A DNA stretch of 64,000 bases from Azolla caroliniana (taxonomy: Eukaryota; Plantae; Polypodiophyta): the NCBI GenBank assembly GCA_043228905.1, contig JBHGNT010000006.1, forward strand, positions 18,662,001 through 18,726,000, in the 5' to 3' direction. Below are positions 50,292 through 61,149 of the stretch, one piece after another. The translations under genes were made by a program, and so were the position numbers. The notes beneath the pieces were generated by a model that saw nothing but the letters and a program-made list of their open reading frames with translations, searched no databases and was not told where the DNA came from. Each line of letters opens with the position of its first letter. Position 1 is the stretch's first letter.

Positions 50292-52379
50292 TTTGTTTTT
50301 CTGGTTCTTTTTGAAGGTTAGGTTTTCTTCTTTGAGCTAAAGGCGGTTGCAGAGGTTCTCAACCCTCGCGCTCTGATACCATGAAAAGAATAGCGTGCAG
50401 AAGCAAATAGAAAACCAAACACAGAAACACAGGTTTAATGGAGAGCTTGAATATACATGGTATGTGGGAGAGACAGAGAGAGAATGCACACAGAACTCTA
50501 TTCAAAATAATACTCAATCTGCACATAGGATGTCCTCAGTGAGCAGTTTTATACAAGCCCTGACTATCGGGCTCACACAAGTACTGACAGTACTTGAATG
50601 CTCATAAATGAGCCTACTACACTAACTCCCAAAATTATTCCTTATGAGGAATACCATACTAACAGCCTTCCGGTTTACGCACCGATACGGCCACGTTATG
50701 CGTACTATTTTATGCACCCAGTCTACACACTGGGTTACGCACCGTATTACGCAGTCAATGTTGAGCTTGTCACTCAACACATGTGCTCGTGTGACCATGC
50801 GAAAACATCCTTATATTCTCGGAGCAGTTCTGTCATTGACGTCTTCTCACCTAAGGTTAGATCCCTAGCAATTGAGAGTAGTCGTGGCATTGCCATAGTT
50901 CCGATGTTGACTTCTTCTAATGCAGAAGCGGGGACTCGACACGAGATTAGCATTTCTTTTTCGAACGCTTCTCGTGCCCTACTTAACTCCATTATCGACT
51001 CAGGATCACGCTCGTACTACTCTTCTTGAAGTGTACTAGGTGGGGCGTACTCCGCAACGGTATCCATTACATCAATTTCGAATAATGGCACGATCCGTGG
51101 GTTTTCATGGAGGTATGCCTCAAGCTCAGTATCATCCAATCCTTCCAGCATATTAATATATTCGATGTATAATGGTGTTATGCCCTTGGTTGGGGCCACC
51201 GTTTGCCTGCGTAGGTACATGAACTTTGTTGCGGCCTCGTCGGAAGCTGATATAGTTATGTTGCCAATTTTGCTTGATGTTGGCAGAGCGTAACCATGGT
51301 CTGCCCAGCAAAATTGGATACGCTTCAGGAGCGTCTAATGCAAGCACTACCGCAAAGATGTCAAAGTACATGGCCTCCGACGACAATTCCTAATTTCCGA
51401 ATTAACCTGAGGGGCTTGATGGAACGAGTGTCCACCATACGGAGCCAGAAAGGACATGCTTCCCAATTTGTAATGCCCATCGACGATGCATCCTCGAGTA
51501 CACGTACTTGTACTAATGATGTTTACGCCGGACCCCCCATCGACGATGCATCCCAGTATTTCTGGACCCTTCAGTACGAATTTAATGGCCGGATTGTGGT
51601 AATCTACTACTGTTGGGCCGATACTAGACTCCGCGAAATTGGCTGAGACATCTAATCTGGTTGTTCCTCGTATACGAGTCCCGACCACCTGTTGGAATCG
51701 TGGAACCAAGAGGAGTAGCTTATCCGTGGTCAACGTTATTTCACAGTCTGCCAATGCTTGCCATATGGGGTCTGGTGATAATGCGTTATCGCCCGTTTGC
51801 AAGTTTGCGTTGTCGTGAAGATTTTCGGCAATAGTGTGAAAATCCCATAAAACGTACAAAATCGAGTATGAATCACGTAATACAATAATTGTGAAGATAA
51901 CATTTTTAATATCTAAGTACAAAATGATGGAGGTTTCGAATGCACTTTATTAGACGAGAAATAGACAACTAAATGTCAAGATATGAGGGTATAAAGTTTG
52001 TGAAAAGAAAAGAGAAAATTGTGAGATATCCCACATAGGCACGACAAATACGGCTCTCATCATATATAAGGTGGAGCAAAAGATATTATCTTTGTGTCTA
52101 TGTGTGGAGCATAGAGAGTTCAAGGTAACTTGAACTTAGAGTGGAGGTGGCTAGCTACTCAAAAAAGGTTTTGGCCAACCAAAACCGGACCAGCGATGGA
52201 GCCGGTGATCCGACGGCAGCATGCGGCACCGGTATCCGGCGTCGGCGTCGGCATCCGACGACGGCATCGGTATCCGGCACCGGTATTCGGCGACGACATC
52301 CGACGACGGTATCCGGCGAACCGGCGACTAGATAAAATAAATATATAAAAATATATACATATTTACATATACAAGGAGA

Positions 52380-52446
52380 GGGCAAGTATAGATTCGAACC
52401 TTGCACCTCCAAGTTAGGAGTCAAATGGCTTACCATTAAGCCATGG
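52380..52446 (-). ncRNA. tRNA-like A/B-box module within LTR D (second copy at 59266-59332)
   Basis: Minus strand: TGGCTTAATGGTAAGCCATTTGACTCCTAACTTGGAGGTGCAAGGTTCGAATC, then TTTTT ~30 nt downstream. Confidence 0.7.
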
Positions 52447-52852
52447 TATTGAGTTTAATTATATTTCTATCATTGTACTTTTACATGTAAATTCTCATCC
52501 ATGAGAGCTAAAATGAGTGACATGGTTAGCATGCACCACATGTAATACTTAAGCACCAAATGGCAAACATGCAATTTATGCATGTCTTGTACCCTCACAT
52601 GCATCATATGCATGAGAGCATCTATAAAAGAGGGAAGGGGGAGGAGAAAAACACGGTTTTTTTTTTATGAAAATTAAGAAGAAGAAATTCGTTATCAAAT
52701 CAATCGTGTAATCTCAACTTCTCTCTTTCCCAATCTATCTTAAGTACTTTCTCGCCAAAGCTTGTATCGACTCTAAATCCTTCTGGTCCAGAACCCCGAC
52801 GGTTCTGCCTCACGATCCGCGCGTAGTGACGGATCTTCACGACATAATAAAG

Positions 52853-52870
52853 TGGTGAACCCGACGTGAA
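52853..52870 (+). other. Primer binding site complementary to tRNA-Trp 3' end
   Basis: TGGTGAACCCGACGTGAA is the reverse complement of TTCACGTCGGGTTCACCA, the plant cytosolic tRNA-Trp(CCA) 3' end as I recall it; same PBS in C and E. Confidence 0.8.
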
Positions 52871-52905
52871 AGAGGCGGTAGGAAGGATCAAGTCGAGATT
52901 AATAC

Positions 52906-55107
52906 TTGGAGATGCCGTCCTCAAGCAACCAAGCAGGAGAGCTCGAAAGGATGATGCTAATCGTCGAGCAAATGATGAGATCTCGGGACAACGACGCGAG
53001 CGTGGAGAAGGCTGTCGATCGTGTCGTAGAGCTCGAGGGCCAACTCGATGGAAGGAACGTTACGAAGTTCCTTGATGCATATAAGAGGGAGATGAATCAA
53101 AGGGACGTGTCCGAGGCACGTCAAATCGCAAGCTTCAAGAGAGTTGTCGCCAACAACATCCAAAGACGCGTCATCGAGCTTCAAGAAGGAAAGACAACAT
53201 GGTCCGAGTTCGAGAAAACGATACTAGCGGAGTTCGTGACTGAAGACTCAACGAGGATGACTTGACATGCCCTGATGAAGTGGATAGAGAAGAAGAATAA
53301 GAAGATGAGCGTCTCGAGGGTGTATGACGAATTCGACCAGATGTTTAGTCGTCTCCCCAATACGGACCAAGTGTTGCTTGAAGAGGACAAGACTTTCTAC
53401 TTCTTGAAGGCCGTGGACATAAAGGATAGACGGGAGTTGGGGACTCTTCTCGAAGATGATACCCAAGCAAATGGGCTCGTAGCGGACTAGATCGCGGTGA
53501 AGCGGGCATGCAATAGGCTTGACAAGCGTCGCCAATGGGTTGATGACACCGACTTGATGGGACCGACTACCACGGAGAAAGCAAGATCGCCGAAAGTAGC
53601 TGAGCCGCCGAGACAAAGTAACATGGAAGAAAAGAAGATTGATGACGACATCATTGAAGAGCTAGCGAAGAAGTTCGAGAAGGTCACGCTAGCCAACATG
53701 AATCGTCGGGGCCCTAAAGGAAAAGAACCCTTTAGATGCGTGTGGTGCGATAGCATGGACCACATGAGAAGGGATTGTGCGAGCCTTCGAGAGGCGATTC
53801 GACAAAATATCGTATACATAGAGGACAACATGATCTGCTCAAGCGAGACTAGAAGACCCCTACGGGTGAATTTCGGAAGAGGAGGAATGAAGAGATCTAT
53901 GGAGGATGCCGATGCGACTCATGTGGATGCGATGCACTATGCTGCGTCGGCCGGAATAAGAGTCGGGAAAGACAAGACTGAAGCTGCTAGAGCGGGAACA
54001 AAGTTTTGGACTTCCGTTCTCGAATATGAGAAGAAGGGAAAAATCACATCGAACGAGGTAGAGCTTGCGGACCGAAGCGTGCAAAGCATAACCGGGTGGT
54101 CGGATCCGGTGGACGACAACACCATACTTGCAGAGGTGATGTGCGACAACCACGAGGTGTTCGTCGAAGAAAAGAGAAAGAGAATAGAAAAGCAAGGGCC
54201 ATAAAAAAGACATGAAACAAGGAACGTGAAAAAGAAGGACGATGTGGAGACGAGTCGACCTTTACAAACGGAGGAACGAGAATCAAGCCGAAAAGGGGAG
54301 CCGAGCATACGAGTTGAAGAAACGGTTCGGCCCGTGAAGGTTGGTGTCGAAGACCCCGCTCGGAGGACAAGGACCATACCTACCTATAAGCTAAGGTCGG
54401 ACATAGAGTAGACGACGGACGTAAAGAAGATTCTCGAAGAACGAGTTCTTGATAGCCATGTAACTTTGTCCTTGAGGGAATTGCTTGGCATTACGAAGGA
54501 GTTCCATGACACGATCGTGGACCTTGTAAAGAGAAAGAGACAACAATCGGACGAGGAAGAAGAGAAGCCGCAGAAAGAAAAAACGAATGCCATAACGATG
54601 GCAAGAGACGAAATCGATGAAGATATGGTGGACAGCCACTACACTTGACCTCATTGGGCACGAGCGACAACGGAGACGCCGGTGAAGATCGGGGAGAAGA
54701 AAGAGACTGTCGTAGCCTTGATCGACCACGGCTCGGAGATCAACCTCATGTCAACCGACTTCTATAAAAAGGGAAGATGGCCAATTAATACAAACCACGG
54801 ATGGAAGATTCGCGCGGCAACAAAGTCTACGGAGGACTTGTACGGAGCTTGTCCCAATGTCAAAATCACGATCGGGGATGTGGAGATGGATCAACACTTT
54901 TTCGTACAAGAATCGGCATCGCATCCTGTCATCCTAGGGCAACCTTATATCACATCATCTCGGATGGAGACCAAAGTGTTCGATAATGGAGCAGCCTTCG
55001 CACGAATAAAGAGTCTTGACAACCAAAGATCGGTCCAATTCCTAACAGTGCGAGCCCATCATGAAAGGAATAGAGATAGTCTCGGAGGCGAATCCTCGGA
55101 TTTTTAG
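52906..55107 (+). pseudogene. Element D gag-protease
   Basis: In-frame ORF pieces split by stops; CVWCDSMDHMRRDC knuckle; LIDHGSEIN protease. Confidence 0.88.
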
Positions 55108-55160
55108 AGCGGACTATTGAAGCATGGGGCACAAATAGTCCGAGCAATCACAAGACCCCA
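55098..55160 (+). other. Putative -1 ribosomal frameshift signal, element D
   Basis: GGATTTT-TAG, stem GGACTATT/AATAGTCC, loop TGGGG pairs with CCCCA; -1 frame open into pol. Confidence 0.75.
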
Positions 55161-55172
55161 CAAGAAAGAAGA

Positions 55173-58100
55173 GTGCGTGGATTGCAAGGAGAAGCAACAT
55201 GTGTCACACCTAGTGGCGCATGTAAACTAGTACTACCCGACAAGAAGCACAAGAGCCGGATACAAGAATTCGAGAAGATGCTGAAAGAAGAGAACATAAT
55301 AGAAGAAGGGGAGTTCGTGACTCATATTATGGAAGAAGCCTCATTTAACGACACCATCGCCGAAATCGAGGATGTCGTGGACTTGAGCTATCTTCACAAC
55401 CAATGCTTGATTTCGGTTAACTCCGTCAACATGTACGCTATCATCGATGAATACCGTCGTGGCATCTCGATGAAGGAAGCTGACATCAACACGAAATATA
55501 AAACGGTGAATAAGAAGATCAAGCCAGTTGCGGTTCCGCTACCGGAAGATAGCTGGCAAAAGATGAAGGAAGTCGCTAACGATCCAAGCTTAAGAGATCC
55601 GAAGAAGATAGGTCATGACTTCACCAAAGAGACGAAGGGGAAGCTACGAGTTGGAAAGGAGGATTTCCTTCTCCCTGAAGAGGAGCGAATGTTTCGCGAT
55701 ATGCTTGAGAGACATGGGAAGGCTTTCGCATTCTTCCCACGAGAAATCGAATGCGCCGACCCAAAGGTTATAGAGCCAATGGTGATCTTCACGGTGCCTC
55801 ATGTGCCTTGGAATTTGAAACCAATACCGGTTCCGAGAGCACACCTTCCGAAGCTGATCGAGCTCTTAAAGGAGAAGGTGAGTATGGGAATTCTAGAACC
55901 GTCGAATGCTCCTTATTCCAATAGGTGGTTCACGGTGCCGAAGAAGAATGGATCATTGCAATTCATCCAAGATCTTCAACCCGTCAACAAGGTGACAATT
56001 CGAAATGCCGGAATTGGTCCGAGCGTGGACGAATTTGCCGAAGCGTTTGCGGGCCGGTCCATCTACTCCATTGGCGATCTCTACTCCGGATATGACCAAT
56101 TCCAGTTGGCGATCGACAGTCGGGACATTACAACCATGAGGACTCCGATCGGGCTTGTGCGGATGTGTACCTTACCCCAAGGCGCAACGAACTCGGTGGC
56201 TCATATGGTGAATGCCATGAATAAAGTCTTGAAGGATTGCATTCCGGACATCACGATGCCATTCTTGGATGATATTCCGATAAACGGATGTTCGGATGAG
56301 GAGAAAGATGAATCGAAAGATAAGGAAGGTTGTAGAAAGTTCGTTGCGGATCATATGAAAGATTGCGAGAAGGTGCTTCAAAGGCTCGAAGATGCGAATT
56401 TGACATTTTCGGGAGAAAAATCCGCATTCGGGCAACCGGAGATCTTGGTGGTAGGTCACTTGTGTGGAGCATACGGCCGGAAGCCCTCGCCATCCAAAGT
56501 GAACGCAATCCAAGACATGAAAGAAGAATGCGAAAACCAAACGGAGGTTCGAAGGTTCCTTGGAGCGTGCGCGTTTTATCATATATGGATTCCTCACTAC
56601 GCTCATGTCGCCGAACCGTTATATGGACTACTAAAGAAAAGAATAAAGTTCGAATGGCGAGACGAGCACACAGAGGCGATGCGAAGATTAAAGAAACTGC
56701 TTCTTGAAGCTCCGGCACTAAGGAAGGCCGACAATGCCGAAGGGAAACCAATTTACGTGACCGTAGATACGAGCCCAACCGGAATCGGGTGGGTCATCAA
56801 TCAAGAAGGTGAAGATAATGCGCGATATGCCGTCCGGTTCGGAGCAAAGATTCTCACCGAACGGCAACAAAGATATGCCCAAGTCAAGCGGGAACTTTGG
56901 GGTATTGTGTCGGCAGTGAAGACGGACAAAGATTACCTGATCGGGTCAGAAGTGATAATAGAGACAGATTGTCTCCCAATTCTCGGAATGATCTCGGGAT
57001 GTGCGACCCCAGATCTTGCTATGCTAAGGTGGATCGCCTACATCAAGTCTTTAAACCCAGAGATCCGTCACATCGCAGGGAAGAAGAACGCCATGGCTGA
57101 CATGCTATCGAGGGCAAGATTTTCAAATGGAAGTAACATGGTTTTGGAAGATGAAGATGTCGCCCTCAACTTCTTCAAGATGGCTCGATTGTCGGCGGAA
57201 GACCAGGACACGCAAACCCTCCACGCCTTCAACGAGAACGAGTACGAAGGAGAATGGTTACTCATCGGTAGATTCCTAAGAACATTGACAACAGATGCTT
57301 CGTTGACAAAGGAGGAGGCCCTACGAATCCGAAAGAAAGCTTATCGATACTTCTTGAAGGGAGGATTCCTTTGGCGACATCCAAAAAAAAAGGACAGGAA
57401 TACCACGTCGAGTGGTGGTAAAGAAAGAAGAGCAAGAGACGCTGATGACCGAATTCCACGAGAGTGCTTGGGCAGGTCATAGAGGAACATGGGCGACGTT
57501 TGAAAAGTTGAAGGAGAAGTACTGGTGGCCAAGCATGTACAAAGATGTAGTCCATTTCGTGTCCACATGCGAAACTTGCCAAGTATATTCAAATATACGT
57601 CATCGTGATGAGTTAAAGCCGACATACCCACTCACCATACACTTCAAATGGATGGTGGATCTGGTCTCGATGCCAATGGGAGTGGGACAAATGAAGTACT
57701 TAGCACTGGCAAGGGAAGACTTGACAAATCAAGTGGAAGGACGAGCCTTGACAAATAAGACGACTTCAGCCGTTTGCAAATTTCTACTTGAAGATGTTGT
57801 TTGCCGATATGGATGTGTAGGGAAGATAGTGGCCGACCGAGGGGAGTTGGACGTGCACGAAGCGACGGAGCTCTTCGAAAGACTAGGCGTGAAGCTCTCC
57901 CTCACGACTGCCTACAATCCGGAAGCAAATGGGAAGATCGAGCGAGGGCATGGACCTATCGTTAAAGCCATCGTACGGGCATGCAACGGTCGAGTCGGGA
58001 ATTGGCCATGACTATTACCCTATGCCTTGTGGGCCGATAGAACGACACATAGCTCGGTGACAGGGTATATGCCGACGGAGCTTATGTATGGACAAAAGCC

Positions 58101-58593
58101 GATTATGCCCATCGAAAGAACGATCGCCTCATGGGTAGCGATACCGTGGGGGAACGAGATGAGCCGAGAAGAGTTATTAGCGGTGCGGATAAGGCAACTT
58201 GAAAGAAGACTTGAAGATTTAGAAAAAGCGCGAAAGATGATGAAGGCAGCCCGAGTAAAGAACATAGTTCGGTTCGACAACACGCATCGACTTCGTACCA
58301 AGAAGATTGAAGAAGGGGATTGGGTTTTGGTTTACGACAACACCCTTGACAATCAACATAGTACAACAAGGAAGTTCGCAAGAAGATGGTTCGGGCCGTA
58401 TGTGGTGACAAGTGCCAACGATAATGCCACATACCACCTTGCGGAACTAGACGGATCAAGGTTGGCCGTACCCATTGCGGGGAAAAGAGTAAAGCTTTTC
58501 AAGAAAAGACAAGAAAAGGATCCTGACCTCGATTACCTCGACGATGAACATAATAGGCCGGATGAAAATGAAGACATGGAGGAATCTAATTGA
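55173..58593 (+). pseudogene. Element D pol (RT FLDD, RNase H, integrase)
   Basis: ORFs 55173-57482, 57412-58011 and 58027-58593, colinear with element F pol. Confidence 0.9.
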
Positions 58594-61149
58594 TCATCGT
58601 AGCCGAAATCTCACTTCTTCTCTTCTTGGCACGTACCGGAGGACGTGCGGTTTGGTGGTGGTGGATGTCGTGAAGATTTTCGGCAATAGTGTGAAAATCC
58701 CATAAAACGTATAAAATCGAGTATGAATCACGTAGTACAATAATTGTGAAGATAACATTTTAAATAGATTTAATATCTAAGTACAAAATGATGGAGGTTT
58801 CGAATGCACTTTATTACACGAGAAATAGACAACTAAATGTCAAGATATGAGGGTATAAAGTTTGTGAAAAGAAAAGAGAAAATTGTGAGATATACCACAT
58901 AGGCACGACAAATACGGCTCTCATCATATATAAGGTGGAGCAAAAGATATTATCTTTGTGTCTATGTGTGGAGCATAGAGAGTTCAAGGTAACTTGAACT
59001 TAGAGTGGAGGTGGCTAGCTACTCGAAAAGGGTTTTGGCCAACCAAAACCGGACCGGCGATGGAGCCGGTGATCCGACGGCAATCCGGCGGCAGCATGCG
59101 GCACCGGTATCCGGCGTCGGCATCCGGCGACGGCGCCAGTATCCGGCGGCGGCATCCAGCGGCGGCACCGGTATTCGGCGACGGCATCTGACGACGGTAT
59201 CCGGCGAACCGACGACTAGATAAAATAAATATATAAAAATATATACATATTTACATATACAAGGAGGGCAAGTATAGATTCGAACCTTGCACCTCCAAGT
59301 TAGGAGTCAAATGGCTTACCATTAAGCCATGGTATTTAGTTGAAATTATATTTCTATCATTGTACTTTTACATGTAAATTCTCATCCATGAGAGCTAAAA
59401 TGAGTGACATGGTTAGCATGCACCACATGTAATACTTAAGCGCCAAATGGCAAACATGCAATTTATGCATGTCTTGTACCCTCACATGCATCATATGCAT
59501 GAGAGCATCTATAAAAGAGGGAAGGGGGAGGAGAAAAACACGGTTTTTTTTTTTATGAAAATTAAGAAGAAGAAATTCGTTATTAAATCAATCGTGTAAT
59601 CTCAACTTCTCTCTTTCCTAATCTATCTTAAGTACTTTCTCACCAAAGCTTGTATCGACTCTAAATCCTTCTGGTCCAGAACCCCGGCGGTTCCGCCTCA
59701 CGATACGCACGTAGTGACGGATCTTCACGACAACGTTCGTTGATTCTTGTTTCATACGCTCCGCATTCACCCCATTTGCTTTTTCTACCTAGGCTTGGGC
59801 TGCTTTGCATATCTCATCTTGTTCTACCCATTCTGTGTTTTGCGCCTGTTGTCGCATTGTGACCTGTTGGACTTCTGTTGTGATTTTATTTACGGTTGGT
59901 TACTTACCTTTGCGACGCGGACACGGCTTCGCGTAATGATCGGGCTGCTGCACACGAAACAATGTACACTTGACTCACCTCTCTCTACCACTGGTGGTGT
60001 ATTGGTTTCTACCGATACGGCTTGCTCTTCCTGGGTTTGCTGAATTCGCTTGTTATTCGGGGGTTGTTGACGATATTCTTGGCATGACTCTAGGCGTTGT
60101 TCATCTTCTAAACTCTCCTCATAACGGTGTTGGTCCCTAGGCCGACGATTGTTACCATTTGGACGAGGTCCATTGAATGCTCTGCGATTGTTGTAGCAAC
60201 GCCCCCCTCGGTTGTAACAGTTGGTAGTCTAGTACTCTTCTTTTTCCTGCTCTTCTTCGTCAGAATACGAGTTGTTGTTACAGCGGTTACGGTATTGGCG
60301 CTTTGTTCTTTGATTTCGGTCCATATACCGGGGATGCTCCTCTTGCCGGCCTTGGTCATTCCTGCGAAATTGCCGTTGTGGCTCCATACATCGCACTATA
60401 GGTGTTGGCCTGTTCAACATATAGTACTCACATTGATCCATCGTGTGTGCCTGTGAATGGCAAATAGGGCAATGTATTCTCATATTACATTCGATCGCAG
60501 AATGCCCGGAGTTTAAACAGATTGTGCACTAAATGGCCTGGCGGAATCGATGTTCCTCTTCTTGAGGCAACGCCTATCGTAGCAATGCCATGGACAATCC
60601 TTCATCTTCCTCCTCTAACTCGAGTTGTAATGCTCGCTCGATCACCATATCCGACATCTCCCCTCTCACAATGTGCTTGTCTAGTGCTGTCCTGATAGGT
60701 CATTGTAAGGCTGCCAAAAACATTTCCTTGGCCTCTTCGTCTATCGAGGCCCGTGTAAGTCCATCGTAAACTCTGGAAACGCGGACTGAAATCCGATACG
60801 GATTCTATTGGAAGTTGGTTGATGGTATAGAATTGACTGATAATTTCACGCTACAGCACCCTCCGATGAAAAAAATGCAAGAACGCCGATTGCAGTTGGT
60901 CGAAGGTTGTGATTGCTGCCAAATCCATCTAGGAATGCCAACATGCAGCTCGACCATCCAAAGTTAACCCAAATTCGGTGATCTTCGATGCATGGGCTTC
61001 CGCCTCTTGAAACCGCTACGCCATGTGATTAGCATTCTAGACATTGAGGAATGATCGTATGTCGCTCACAACATCAGTTTCTTCGTTGAAGTGGGGGTAT
61101 GAAAAAGCCATTCCGGTCATGATGGTGATGATCAGCAAAGGAAGGTTAT

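Larger units (their letters stand above)
27547..50779 (-). mobile_element. Ty1/copia element X, expanded to 23 kb by nested insertions
   Basis: Two 398-bp LTRs (27547-27944, 50382-50779); 5-bp TSD CATGT; PBS TGGTATCAGAGC (tRNA-iMet) at 50370-50381; PPT next to 27945. Confidence 0.92.
51811..59732 (+). mobile_element. Element D: full-length Ty3/gypsy retrotransposon (7.9 kb), now defective
   Basis: LTRs 51811-52844 and 58666-59732; TSD GCGT/ACGT; PBS 52853-52870; gag-PR 52906-55107; pol 55098-58593; several nonsense codons and one poly-A frameshift. Confidence 0.95.
50780..61140 (-). pseudogene. Old gypsy element H (gag, protease, pre-RT region); host of copia X and element D
   Basis: gag YPHFNEETD and CPICHSQAHTMDQC; protease VDGGSGVNII and ILLGRPWL; EYKDVFAWSHEHM continues across copia X as KGLDPKFYQHK at ~27510-27546. 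Confidence 0.78.
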
